Positions 14,312-29,606 of a stretch of 64,000 bases of DNA are shown here, one piece after another; the first letter of the stretch is position 1; each line of letters starts with the position of its first letter. The stretch lies in assembly GCF_009914755.1 (NCBI RefSeq), contig NC_060940.1; one strand, given 5' to 3'. This DNA is from the human T2T-CHM13v2.0 reference genome, Homo sapiens. The notes beneath the pieces are model-generated. The model did no database searches and had not been told where the DNA came from. It saw only the letters and a list, made by a program, of their open reading frames with translations. Both the position numbers and the translations under genes were made by a program.

Positions 14312-17300
14312 TGATGATTATTCCATTGGAGTCCACTTAGTGAATCCTTTAGATTCTACTCGACGATGATTCCATTCGAGTCCATTCGATGATACCATTC
14401 AATTCCATTCGTTGATGCTTCCATTCAAGTGCATTCGATGATATCATTCGATTCCATTTGATGATAATTCCATTTGATTCCATGCGATGATTCTATTCGA
14501 TTCCATTCAATGATAATTCCATTCAATTCAGTGATTCCTCTGGACTCCATTTGATGATGATTCCATTCAATGATTCCATTCGATTCTATTCGAAAATGAT
14601 TCCATTTGAATCCATTTGATGATGATTCCATTAGATTCCATTTGATGATTCCATTCGATTCCATTCGACGATGATTCCATTCGATTCCGTTTGATGATTC
14701 CATTCTATTCTATTCGATGATGATTCCATTCGATTCCATTCGATGATGATTGGATTCGATTCCATTGGATGATTTCATTTGATTCCATTCGTTAATGATT
14801 TCGATCAATTCCATTCGATGATTCCATTCGATTCCATTCGATAATGATTACATCCGAGTCCATTCGATGATTCCCTTTGAGCCTGTTCGATAATTCCATT
14901 TGAGTCCAACCAATGATTCCATTCATTTCCATTCAATGATTCCATTCGAGTCCATTTGATCATTCCGGTAGGGTCCATTCGATGTTGATTCCATTGGAGT
15001 GCATTCGATGATTCCATTCGAGTCCATTTTAGGATTTGATTCGAGTCCTTTCGATGATTCCATTCGATTCCACTCGATGATGATTTCATTCGAGTCCATT
15101 CGACACTTCCAATCGATTCCATTTGATGATTCCATTCGAGTCCAATTGATGATTCCATTCAATTCCATTCGATGATGATTCCGTACGATTCCATTCTGTG
15201 ATGATTCCATGTGATTGCATTCAATGATGATTCCTTTCGATTGCATTCGATTATGATTCATTTCGTGTTCATTCTATGGTTCCACAGGTTTCCATTCGTG
15301 TCCATTCCATTATTCCATTCTATTCCATTTGATGATGATTCCGTTCGATTCCATTCATTGGTGATTCCACTCAATTCCATTCAATGATTCCATTCCATTT
15401 CTTTCAACAATGATTCCATTAGTTTCTAATCGATGATCCACTTGATTCCATTTGACGACGATTCCATTCTTGTCCATTCGATGATTCCATTTGATTCCAT
15501 ATGATGATGATTCCATTCGATTCCATACCATGATGATTCCATTCGAGTCCATTCAATGGTGATTCCATTCAATTCCATTCGATGATTCCTTTTGATTCCA
15601 TTCGATGATGATGGCATTCGATTCCTTTCAATCATTCCCTTTGATTCCATTCAAAGGTGATTTCATTCAAGTCCATTCGATAATTGCATTCGATTCCATT
15701 CTATGATGATTCCATTCGAGTCCATTTGATGATTCCATTCAATTCAAGTCAATGATGATTCCATTCGATTCCATTCGATGATTCCATTGGATTCCATTCG
15801 ATGATGATTCCATTCAAATCCATTCGATAATTCAATTCAAGTCCATTCGATGATGATTCCAATCGAATCCATTCAAAGATTCCATTCAGTTCCATTCGAT
15901 GATTCCCTTAGATTCCATTCGATGATTCCACTTGATTGCATTTACGATGATTCCATTCGATTCCATGTGATGATTCCATTCAATTCTATTCAATGATGTC
16001 TCCATTTGATTCCATTCGACCATGATTGCCTTTGATTCCATTCAATGATTCCATTCGGTTCCGTTTGATGATGATTCCGTTCGATTCCATTTGATGATTC
16101 CATTTGATTCCATTGGATGAGTCCATTCGATTACATTCGATGATTATTCCATTCGAGTGCATTAGATGATTCCATTCGAGTCCATTCGATGATTCCATTC
16201 GATTCCATTCGATGTTGATTCTGTTCAAATCCATTCGATGATTCCTCTCGATTCCATTCGTTGACTCCATTTGATCCCATTCGATGATTTCCTTTGATTC
16301 CCTTTGATGATCATTCCATTTGATTCAATTCGGTGATTTCATTTGATTCCATTCAGTGATGTTTCCATTCGACTCCATTCGATGATTATTCCATTCGACT
16401 CCATTCGATTATGATTTCATTCAATTCCATTCGATAATGATTCCCTTCGAGTCCATTCGATGATTCCATTCGATTCCATTCAACAATGATTTGATTCGTG
16501 TCCATTCGATGATTCCATTTGATTCCACATGATGATGATTCCATTCGAGTCCATTTGATGATTCCATTCAATTCCATACTCCGATGATTTCTTTTGAGCC
16601 CACTCAATGCTTCCACTCGATTCCATATGATGATGACTCCATTCGATGAAATTCGATGATGATTCCATTCGCTTGCTTTCGATGATGATTCCACTTGAGT
16701 CCGTTAGAAGATTCTATTCAATTACATTCCATGACGATTCCGTTCGAGTCCATTTGATGATTCCATTAGACTCCATTCGACGATGATTCCATTCGATGTT
16801 ATTCGATGATTCCATTCGATCTCATTCGATGATGATTCCATTCAACTCCATTCGATGTTTCCATTCGAGTTCATTCTATTATTCCATTAGATTCCATTCG
16901 ATGATGATTCCATTCGATTCCATTTGATGATTGCATTCTATTTCATTTGATGATGATTCCATTCGAGTCCACTCGATGATTCCATTCGAGTCCATTTAAT
17001 GAATCCATTGGTTTCAATTCTATGATGATTACATTGGATTACATTCGTTGATGATTTCATTCGGTTCCATTCAAGGATGATTCCATTCAATTCCTTTCAA
17101 TGTTTCCATTCAATTCCATACGATGATGATTCCATTTGATTTGATTCGACAGTGAGCCATTCGATTCAATTCCATGATGATTCTATTTGATTCAATTGGT
17201 TGACATTTCCATTCGATTCCATTCGATGATGATTCCCTTTGATTCCGTTCAAAGATGATTCCATTCTAGCCCATTCAATCATTCCATTCGATTCTATTCA

Positions 17301-20300
17301 ATGATGATTCCATTCATGTCGATTTGGTGATTCCATTTGACTTCATTTGATGATGATTCCTTTCAAGTTCATTAGATGATTCCATTCGATTCCATTTGAT
17401 GATGATCCCATTCGAGTCCATTCAGTGATTCCATTCGTTTCCATTCCATGATGATTCCATTCCTTTCCATTCAATGATTCCATTCGATTCCGTTTGATGA
17501 TGATTTCATTCGAGTCCATTTGATGATTCCATTTGATTCCATTCGATGATGATTCCATTCGAGTCCATTCGATGATTCTATTCGAATCCATTTGATGATT
17601 TCTTTTGATTATATTTGGTGATGATTCCATTGGAGTCCATTCAATGATTCCATTCTATTCCCATCGATGATGATTCCATTAGAGTCCATTTAATGATTCC
17701 ATTTGATTCCAGTCTCTGATGATTACATTCGAGTCCATACGATGATTCCACTCAATTCCATATGATGATGATTCCATTTGATTCCATTCGGTGATCCCAT
17801 TCTATTCTATTCAATGGTGATTCCATTCGAGTACATTAGATGATTCCATTCGATTCCATTCAATGATGATTCTATTTGTGTCCCTTAGATGACTCCACAT
17901 GATTCCATTAGATGATGATACTATTTGAGCCCATCCAATGATTCCCTTCGATTCCATTCGATGAGGATTCCATTCGATTCAATTCATTGGTGATTCTATT
18001 CAATTCAATTCTTTGATTCCATTCCATTCCATTCGACAATGATTCCATTCGATTTCTTTCGATGATTCCACTCGATTCCACTTGACATTGATTCCATTCG
18101 ATTCCATTCAATGATTCCATTTGATTCCAGTGGATGATGATTGCCATCGATTCCATTCGATCACTCCATTCTATTCCATTTGATGATGATTACATTCGAT
18201 TCCATTTGATGATTCCATCTGATTCTATTCGAGGATTCCATTTGATTCCATTCGATGATGATTCCATTCGAGTCCATTCGATGATTTCATTCGAGTACAT
18301 CCAATGATTCCATTCGAGTCCATTTGATGATTCCATTTGATTCCATTTGATTATGATTCTACTAGAGTCCATTCAGTGACTCCATTCGAGTCCATTCAAC
18401 AATTCCATTCGACTCAATTCGATGATTCCATTCGATGATTCCATTCGATTCCATTTGATGATTCCATTTGAGTCCATTTAATCATTACAGTCGAGTCCAT
18501 TTGGTGATTCCGCTGGATTTCCTTTGATAATGATACCATTCAATTACATTTGATGATGATCCCATTCAATTTCATTTGATGATGATTCCATTAGAGTCCA
18601 TTCGATGATTTTATTCGAGTCCCTTCATTGATTCCATCCGATTTCATTGGATGATGACTCCATTCGAGTCCATTCGATGATTCCACTCGATTCCATTAGA
18701 TGATTCCATTGGAGTCCATTTGATTGTTCCATTCGATTCCATTCGATTCCTTTCGAAGATTATTCCATTTGAGTCCATTCGATGATGATTCCATTCCATT
18801 CCATTCGATGATTCCGTTTGATTCCATTCGATGATTCCCTTCGATTCCTTTCTTTGATGATTCCATTCCATTCCATTCAATGATTCCATTCGAATCTATT
18901 CCATGATGATTCCTTTCGATTCCATTCGCTGATGTTTCCGTTCAATTCCATTCGATGATGATTCCATTCGATTCCATTCATTGAGGATTAAATTTGATTC
19001 CATTCAATGATGATTCCATTCTATTCCATTCAATGATTGCATTCAATTCCATTCAATGATTATCCCATTAGAGTAAACTCAACGATTCCATTCAATACAA
19101 TTCGATGATGATTCCTTTTGAGTCCATTCAATGATTTCATTCAAGTCCATTTGATGATTCCTTTCAATTCCATTCTATGATGATTCCATTCGAGTCCATT
19201 CGATGATTCCATTCGATTGCATTCGATGATTCCATTATATTCCATTCAACGATGATTCCATTCGAGTCCATTCGATGATTCCATTAGAGTACATTTAATG
19301 ATTGCTTTGTTTTCAATTCGAAGATGATTACATTCGATTCCATTCTATGATACCATTCGATTCCATTGAATGATGACTCCACTCAAATCCATTGGATGAT
19401 TCCATTCGTGTCCATTCGGTGATTTCATTAGATTCCATTCGAGGATGATTCCATTCGATTCCATTCGATGATTGCATTCAATTCCATTCGATGATGATTC
19501 CATTCCAGTCCATATGATCATTCCATTTGATTTCATTCGATGATGATTCCATTCGATTCGATTCGACGATTCCATTCTATTCCATTCGATGATGATTCCA
19601 TTCGAGTCCATTCGATGATTCCATTCGAGTCCATTTAATGATTCCATTGTGTTCAATTCAATGATGATTACATTTGATTCCGTTCTATGATTCCATTCAA
19701 TTCCGTTCATTGACAATTTGATTCCATTCGATCATGATTCCATTTGAGTTCATTCGATGATTCTATTCGATTTTCTTCGATGGTGATTCAATTCTATTAT
19801 ATTGGATGATTCCATTCGATTCCATTTGATGTTGATTCAATTCGATTCTATTCGATGATGATTCCATTGGATTTCACTTAATGATTCTATTCGATTCCAT
19901 TCAATGATGATTCACTTCTCGTCCATTGGATGATTCCATTTCATTCCATTCGATGATGATTCCATTCGATTCCATTCGATGATTCCATTTGATTCCATGC
20001 GACGGTGAGCAATTCGATTCAATTCCATGATGATTCTATTTGATTCAATTAGATGATGTTTCCATTCGAATCCATTCCATGATTATTCCATTGGAATCCA
20101 TTCGGCGATGATTCTATATGAGTCAATTCAATGATGATTCCATATGGGTCCGTTCGATGATAATTCCATTTGATTTCATTCGATGCTTCTATTCAATTCC
20201 AGTCGATGATGATTCCGTTGGAGTCCATACGATGATTCCATTTGATTTCATTTCATGATGATTCCATTCGATGACGATTACATTGGATTCCATTCTATGA

Positions 20301-20436
20301 TTCCATTCAATTCCATTCGTTGATGATTCGATTCCATTCAATGATGATTCCATTTGAGTTCATTCGATGATTCTATTCGATTCCATTCTATGGTGATTCA
20401 ATTCTCTTATATTGGATGATTCGACTCGATTCCATT
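14312..20436 (+). repeat. Higher-order unit 3 (6125 bp = 6112 + 13 bp insertion near 18420)
   Basis: Anchor 14312 -> 20437. Offset to unit 2 changes from 8516 (9674/18190) to 8529 (10115/18644). Confidence 0.88.
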
Positions 20437-23400
20437 TGATGATTATTCCATTGGAGTCCACTTAGTGAATCCTTTAGATTCTACTCGAAGATGATTCCAT
20501 TCGAGTCCATTCGATGATACCATTCAATTCCATTCGTTGATGCTTCCATTCAAGTGCAGTCGATGATATCATTCGATTCCATTTGATGATAATTCCATTT
20601 GATTCCATGCGATGATTCTATTCGATTCCATTCAATGATAATTCCATTCAATTCAGTGATTCCTCTGGACTCCATTTGATGATGATTCCATTCAATGATT
20701 CCATTCGATTCTATTCGAAAATGATTCCATTTGAATCCATTTGATGACGATTCCATTCCATTCCATTTGATGATTCCATTCTATTCTATTCGATGATGAT
20801 TCCATTCGATTCCATTCGATGATGATTGGATTCGATTCCATTTGATGATTTCATTTGATTCCATTCGTTAATGATTTCGATCAATTCCATTCGATGATTC
20901 CATTCGATTCCATTCGATAATGATTACATCCGAGTCCATTTGATGATTCCATTTGAGCCTGTTCGATAATTCCATTTGAGTCCAACCAATGATTCCATTC
21001 ATTTCCATTCAATGATTCCATTCGAGTCCATTTGATCATTCCGGTAGGGTCCATTCGATGTTGATTCCATTGGAGTGCATTCGATGATTCCATTCGAGTC
21101 CATTTTAGGATTTGATTCGAGTCCTTTCGATGATTCCATTCGATTCCACTCGATGATGATTTCATTCGAGTCCATTCGACACTTCCAATCGATTCCATTT
21201 GATGATTCCATTCGAGTCCAATTGATGATTCCATTCAATTCCATTCGATGATGATTCCGTACGATTCCATTCTGTGATGATTCCATGTGATTGCATTCAA
21301 TGATGATTCCTTTCGATTGCATTCGATTATGATTCATTTCGTGTTCATTCTATGGTTCCACAGGTTTCCATTCGTGTCCATTCCATTATTCCATTCTATT
21401 CCATTTGATGATGATTCCATTCGATTCCATTCATTGGTGATTCCACTCAATTTCATTCAATGATTCCATTCCATTTCTTTCAACAATGATTCCATTAGTT
21501 TCTAATCGATGATCCACTTGATTCCATTTGACGACGATTCCATTCTTGTCCATTCGATGATTCCATTTGATTCCATATGATGATGATTCCATTCGATTCC
21601 ATACCATGATGATTCCATTCGAGTCCATTCAATGGTGATTCCATTCAATTCCATTCGATGATTCCTTTCGATTCCATTCGATGATGATGGCATTCGATTC
21701 CTTTCAATCATTCCCTTTGATTCCATTCAAAGGTGATTTCATTCAAGTCCCTTCGATAATTGCATTCGATTCCATTCTATGATGATTCCATTCGAGTCCA
21801 TTTGATGATTCCATTCAATTCAAGTCAATGATGATTCCATTCGATTCCATTCGATGATTCCATTGGATTCCATTCGATGATGATTCCATTCAAGTCCATT
21901 CGATAATTCAATTCAAGTCCATTCGATGATGATTCCAATCGAATCCATTCAAAGATTCCATTCAGTTCCATTCGATGATTCCCTTAGATTCCATTCGATG
22001 ATTCCACTTGATTCCATTTACGATGATTCCATTCGATTCCATGTGATGATTCCATTCAATTCTATTCAATGATGTTTCCATTTGATTCCATTCGACCATG
22101 ATTGCCTTTGATTCCATTCAATGATTCTATTCGGTTCCGTTTGATGATGATTCCGTTGGATTCCATTTGATGATTCCATTTGATTCCATTGGATGAGTCC
22201 ATTCGATTACATTCGATGATTATTCCATTCGAGTGCATTAGATGATTCCATTCGAGTCCATTCGATGATTCCATTCGATTCCATTCGATGTTGATTCTGT
22301 TCAAATCCATTCGATGATTCCACTCGATTCCATTCGATGACTCCATTTGATCCCATTCGATGATTTCCTTTGATTCCCTTTGATGATCATTCCATTTGAT
22401 TCAATTCGGTGATTTCATTTGATTCCATTCAGTGATGTTTCCATTCGACTCCATTCGATGATGATTGCATTCGACTCCATTCGATTATGGTTTCATTCAA
22501 TTCCATTCGATAATGATTCCCTTCGAGTCCATTCGATGATTCCATTCGATTCCATTCAACGATGATTTGATTCGTGTCCATTCGATGATTCCATTTGATT
22601 CCACTTGATGATGATTCCATTCGAGTCCATTTGATGATTCCATTCAATTCCATACTCCTATGATTTCTTTTGAGCCCACTCAATGCTTCCACTCGATTCC
22701 ATATGATGATGACTCCATTCGATGAAATTCGATGATGATTCCATTCGCTTGCTTTCGATGATGATTCCACTTGAGTCCGTTAGAAGATTCTATTCAATTA
22801 CATTCCATGACGATTCCGTTCGAGTCCATTTGATGATTCCATTAGACTCCATTCGACGATGATTCCATTCGATCTTATTCGATGATTCCATTCGATCTTA
22901 TTCGATGATGATTCCATTCAACTCCATTCGATGTTTCCATTCGAGTTCATTCTATTATTCCATTAGATTCCATTCGATGATGATTCCATTCGATTCTATT
23001 TGATGATTGCATTCTATTTCATTTGATGATGATTCCATTCGAGTCCACTCGATGATTCCATTCGAGTCCATTTAATGAATCCATTGGTTTCAATTCTATG
23101 ATGATTACATTGGATTCCATTCGTTGATGATTTCATTCGGTTCCATTCAATGATGTTTCCATTCAATTCCATACGATGATGATTCCATTTGATTTGATTC
23201 GACAGTGAGCCATTCGATTCAATTCCATGATGATTCTATTTGATTCAATTGGTTGACATTTCCATTCGATTCCATTCGATGATGATTCCCTTTGATTCCA
23301 TTCAAAGATGATTCCATTCTAGCCCATTCAATCATTCCATTCGATTCTATTCAATGATGATTCCATTCATGTCGATTTGGTGATTCCATTTGACTTCATT

Positions 23401-25639
23401 TGATGATGATTCCTTTCAAGTTCATTAGATGATTCCATTCGATTCCATTTGATGATGATCCCATTCGAGTCCATTCAGTGATTCCATTCGTTTCCATTCC
23501 ATGATGATTCCATTCCATTCCATTCAATGATTCCATTCGATTCCGTTTGATGATGATTTCATTCGAGTCCATTTGATGATTCCATTTGATTCCAGTTGAT
23601 GATGATTCCATTCGAGTCCATTCGATGATTCTATTCGAATCCATTTGATGATTTCTTTTGATTATATTTGGTGATGATTCCATTGGAGTCCATTCAATGA
23701 TTCCATTCGATTACAATCGATGGTGATTCCATTAGAGTCCATTGAATGTTTCCATTTGATTCCAGTCTCTGATGATTACATTCGAGTCCATACGATGATT
23801 CCACTCAATTCCATATGATGATGATTCCATTCGATTCCATTCGGTGATTCCATTCTATTCTATTCAATGGTGATTCCATTCGAGTACATTAGATGATTCC
23901 ATTCGATTCCATTCAATGATGATTCTATTTGTGTCCCTTAGATGATTCCACATGATTCCATTAGATGATGATACTATTTGAGCCCATCCAATGATTCCCT
24001 TCGATTCCATTCGATGAGGATTCCATTCGATTCAATTCATTGGTGATTCTATTCAATTCAATTCTTTGATTCCATTCCATTCCATTCGACAATGATTCCA
24101 TTCGATTTCTTTCGATGATTCCACTCGATTCCACTTGACATTGATTCCATTCGATTCCATTCAATGATTCCATTTGATTCCAGTGGATGATGATTGCCAT
24201 CGATTCCATTCGATCACTCCATTCTATTCCATTTGATGATGATTACATTCGATTCCATTTGATGATTCCATCTGATTCTATTCGAGGATTCCATTTGATT
24301 CCATTCGCTGATGATTCCATTCGAGTCCATTCGATGATTTCATTCGAGTACATCCAATGATTCCATTCGAGTCCATTTGATGATTCCATTTGATTCCATT
24401 TGATTATGATTCTACTAGAGTCCATTCAATGACTCCATTCGAGTCCATTCAACAATTCCATTCGACTCCATTCGATGATTCCATTCGAGTCCATTTAATC
24501 ATTACAGTCGAGTCCATTTGGTGATTCCGCTGGATTTCCTTTGATAATGATACCATTCAATTACATTTGATGATGATCCCATTCAATTTCATTTGATGAT
24601 GATTCCATTAGAGTCCATTCGATGATTTCATTCGAGTCCCTTCATTGATTCCATCCGATTTCATTGGATGATGACTCCATTCGAGTCCATTCGATGATTC
24701 CACTCGATTCCATTAGATGATTCCACTGGAGTCCATTTGATTGTTCCATTCGATTCCATTCGATTCCTTTCGAAGATTATTCCATTTGAGTCCATTCCAT
24801 GATGATTCCATTCCATTCCATTCGATGATTCCGTTTGATTCCATTCGATGATTCCCTTCGATTCCTTTCTTTGATGATTCCATTCCATTCCATTCAATGA
24901 TTCCATTCGAATCTATTCCATGATGATTCCTTTCGATTCCATTCGCTGATGTTTCCGTTCAATTCCATTCGATGATGATTCCATTCGATTCCATTCATTG
25001 AGGATTCCATTTGATTCCATTCAATGATGATTCCATTCTATTCCATTCAAAGATTGCATTCAATTCCATTCAATGATTATCCCATTAGAGTAAACTCAAC
25101 GATTCCATTCAATACCATTCGATGATGATTCCTTTTGAGTCCATTCAATGATTTCATTCAAGTCCATTTGATGATTCCTTTCAATTCCATTCTATGATGA
25201 TTCCATTCGAGGCCATTCGATGATTCCATTCGATTGCATTCGATGATTCCATTATATTCCATTCAACGATGATTCCATTCGAGTCCATTCGATGATTCCA
25301 TTAGAGTACATTTAATGATTGCTTTGTTTTCAATTCGAAGATGATTACATTCGATTCCATTCTATGATACCATTCGATTCCATTCAATGATGACTCCACT
25401 CAAATCCATTGGATGATTCCATTCGTGTCCATTCGGTGATTTCATTAGATTCCATTCGAGGATGATTCCATTCGATTCCATTCGATGATTCCATTCTATT
25501 CCATTCGATGATGATTCCATTCGAGTCCATTCGATGATTCCATTCGAGTCCATTTAATGATTCCATTGGGTTCAATTCAATGATGATTACATTGGATTCC
25601 GTTCTATGATTCCATTCAATTCCGTTCATTGACAATTTG
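20437..25639 (+). repeat. Higher-order unit 4, 3'-truncated; carries 49-, 23-, 23- and 98-bp deletions
   Basis: Starts at anchor 20437 and ends at gacaatttg (25631-25639), where the sequence jumps to a mid-unit position. Confidence 0.82.
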
Positions 25640-28600
25640 ATTCCATTCGATAATGATTCCCTTCGAGTCCATTCGATGATTCCATTCGATTCCATTCAAC
25701 GATGATTTGATTCGTGTCCATTCGATGATTCCATTTGATTCCAATTGATGATGATTCCATTCGAGTCCATTTGATGATTCCATTCAATTCCATACTCCGA
25801 TGATTTCTTTTGAGCCCACTCAATGCTTCCACTCGATTCCATATGATGATGACTCCATTCGATGAAATTCGATGATGATTCCATTCGCTTGCTTTCGATG
25901 ATGATTCCACTTGAGTCCGTTAGAAGATTCTATTCAATTACATTCCAGGACGATTCCGTTCGAGTCCATTTGATGATTCCATTAGACTCCATTCGACGAT
26001 GATTCCATTCGATGTTATTCGATGATTCCATTCGATCTCATTCGATGATGATTCCATTCAACTCCATTCGATGTTTCCATTCGAGTTCATTCTATTATTC
26101 CATTAGATTCCATTCGATGATGATTCCATTCGATTCCATTTGATGATTGCATTCTATTTCATTTGATGATGATTCCATTCGAGTCCACTCGATGATTCCA
26201 TTCGAGTCCATTTAATGAATCCATTGGTTTCAATTCTATGATGATTACATTGGATTCCATTCGTTGATGATTTCATTCGGTTCCATTCAATGATGATTCC
26301 ATTCAATTCCTTTCAATGTTTCCATTCAATTCCATACGATGATGATTCCATTTGATTTGATTCGACAGTGAGCCATTCGATTCAATTCCATGATGATTCT
26401 ATTTGATTCAATTGGTTGACATTTCCATTCGATTCCATTCGATGATGATTCCCTTTGATTCCATTCAAAGATGATTCCATTCTAGCCCATTCAATCATTC
26501 CATTCGATTCTATTCAATGATGATTCCATTCATGTCGATTTGGTGATTCCATTTGACTTCATTGGATGATGATTCCTTTCAAGTTCATTAGATGATTCCA
26601 TTCGATTCCATTTGATGATGATCCCATTCGAGTCCATTCAGTGATTCCATTCGTTTCCATTCCATGATGATTCCATTCCATTCCATGCAATGATTCCATT
26701 CGATTCCGTTTGATGATGATTTCATTCGAGTCCATTTGATGATTCCATTTGATTCCATTCGATGATGATTCCATTCGAGTCCGTTCGATGACTCTATTCG
26801 AATCCATTTGATGATTTCTTTTGATTATAGTTGGTGATGATTCCATTGGAGTCCATTCAATGATTCCATTCGATTCCAATTGATGATGATTCCATTAGAG
26901 TCCATTTAATGTTTCCATTTGATTCCAGTCTCTGATGATTACATTCGAGTCCATACGATGATTCCACTCAATTCCATATGATGATGATTCCATTTGATTC
27001 CATTCGGTGATTCCATTCTATTCTATTCAATGGTGATTCCATTCGAGTACATTAGATGATTCCATTCGATTCCATTCAATGATGATTCTATTTGTGTCCC
27101 TTAGATGATTCCACATGATTCCATTAGATGATGATACTATTTGAGCCCATCCAATGATTCCCTTCGATTCCATTCGATGAGGATTCCATTCGATTCAATT
27201 CATTGGTGATTCTATTCAATTCAATTCTTTGATTCCATTCCATTCCATTCGACAATGATTCCATTCGATTTCTTTCGATGATTCCACTCGATTCCACTTG
27301 ACATTGATTCCATTCGATTCCATTCAATGATTCCATTTGATTCCAGTGGATGATGATTGCCATCGATTCCATTCGATCACTCCATTCTATTCCATTTGAT
27401 GATGATTACATTCGATTCCATTTGATGATTCCATCTGATTCTATTCGAGGATTCCATTTGATTCCATTCGATGATGATTCCATTCGAGTCCATTTGATGA
27501 TTTCATTCGAGTAAATCCAATGATTCCATTTGAGTCCATTAGAGGATTCCATTTGATTCCATTTGAAAATGAGTCTACTAGAGTCCATTCAATGACTCCA
27601 TTCGAGTCCATTCAACAATTCCATTCGATGATTCCATTCGATTCCATTTGATGGTTCCATTCGAGTCCATTTAATCATTACAGTTGAGTCCTTTTGGTGA
27701 TTCCACTGGATTTCTTTTGATAATGATACCATTCAATTACATTTGATGATGATCCCATTCAATTTCATTTGATGATGATTCCATTAGAGTCCATTCGATG
27801 ATTTCATTCGAGTCCTTTCATTGATTCCATCCGATTTCATTTGATGATGACTCCATTCGAGTCCATTCGATGATTCCACTCGATTCCATTAGATGATTCC
27901 ATTGGAGTCCATTTGATTGTTCCATTCGATTCCATTCGATTCCTTTCGAAGATTATTCCATTTGAGTCCATTCGATGATGATTCCATTCCATTCCATTCG
28001 ATGATTCCGTTTGATTCCATTCGATGATTCCCTTCGATTCCTTTCTTTGATGATTCCATTCCATTCCATTCAATGATTCCATTCGAATCTATTCCATGAT
28101 GATTCCTTTCGATTCCATTCGCTGATGTTTCCGTTCAATTCCATTCGATGATGATTCCATTCGATTCCATTCATTGAGGATTCCATTTGATTCCATTCAA
28201 TGATGATTCCATTCTATTCCATTCAATGATTATCCCATTAGAGTAAACTCAACGATTCCATTCAATACCATTCGATGATGATTCCTTTTGAGTCCATTCA
28301 ATGATTTCATTCAAGTCCATTTGATGATTCCTTTCAATTCCATTCTATGATGATTCCATTCGAGTCCATTCGATGATTCCATTCGATTGCATTCGATGAT
28401 TCCATTATATTCCATTCAACGATGATTCCATTCGAGTCCATTCGATGATTCCGTTAGAGTACATTTAATGATTGCTTTGTTTTCAATTCGAAGATGATTA
28501 CATTCGATTCCATTCTATGATACCATTCGATTCCATTCAATGATGACTCCACTCAAATCCATTGGATGATTCCATTCGTGTCCATTCGGTGATTTCATTA

Positions 28601-29606
28601 GATTCCATTCGAGGATGATTCCATTCGATTCCATTCGATGATTCCATTCAATTCCATTCGATGATGATTCCATTCGAGTCCATATGATCATTCCATTTGA
28701 TTTCATTCGATGATGATTCCATTCGATTCCATTCGACGATTCCATTCTATTCCATTCGATGATGATTCCATTCGAGTCCATTCGATGATTCCATTCGAGT
28801 CCATTTAATGATTCCATTGGGTTCAATTCAATGATGATTACATTGGATTCCGTTCTATGATTCCATTCAATTCCGTTCATTGACAATTTGATTCCATTCG
28901 ATGATGATTCCATTTGAGTTCATTCGATGATTCTATTCGATTCTCTTCGATGGTGATTCAATTCTATTATATTGGATGATTCCATTCGATTCCATTTGAT
29001 GTTGATTCAATTCGATTCTATTCGACGATGATTCCATTGGATTTCACTTGATGATTCTATTCGATTCCATTCAATGATGATTCACTTCTCGTCCATTGGA
29101 TGATTCCATTTCATTCCATTCGATGATGATTCCATTCGATTCCATTCGATGATTCCATTTGATTCCATTCGACGGTGAGCAATTCGATTCAGTTCCATGA
29201 TGATTCTATTTGATTCAATTAGATGATGTTTCCATTCGAATCCATTCCATGATTATTCCATTGGAATCCATTCGGCGATGATTCCATATGAGTCAATTCA
29301 ATGATGATTCCATATGGGTCCGTTCGATGATAATTCCATTTGATTTCATTCGATGCTTCTATTCAATTGCAGTCGATGATGATTCCGTTGGAGTCCATAC
29401 GATGATTCCATTTGATTTCATTTCATGATGATTCCATTCGATGACGATTACATTGGATTCCATTCTATGATTCCATTCAATTCCATTCGTTGATGATTCG
29501 ATTCCATTCAATGATGATTCCATTTGAGTTCATTCGATGATTCTATTCGATTCCATTCTATGGTGATTCAATTCTCTTATATTGGATGATTCGACTCGAT
29601 TCCATT
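25640..29606 (+). repeat. Higher-order unit 5, 5'-truncated (lacks roughly the first 2.1 kb, including the CGTACG anchor)
   Basis: Begins attccattcgataatgattcccttcg, equivalent to 22500 and 7908, and runs to the next anchor at 29607. Confidence 0.82.

Noticed and set aside
22500-28890. Simple 3140-bp tandem duplication
   Set aside because: The two sides differ in diagnostic indels and SNPs, so a deletion/fusion of two different units fits better.
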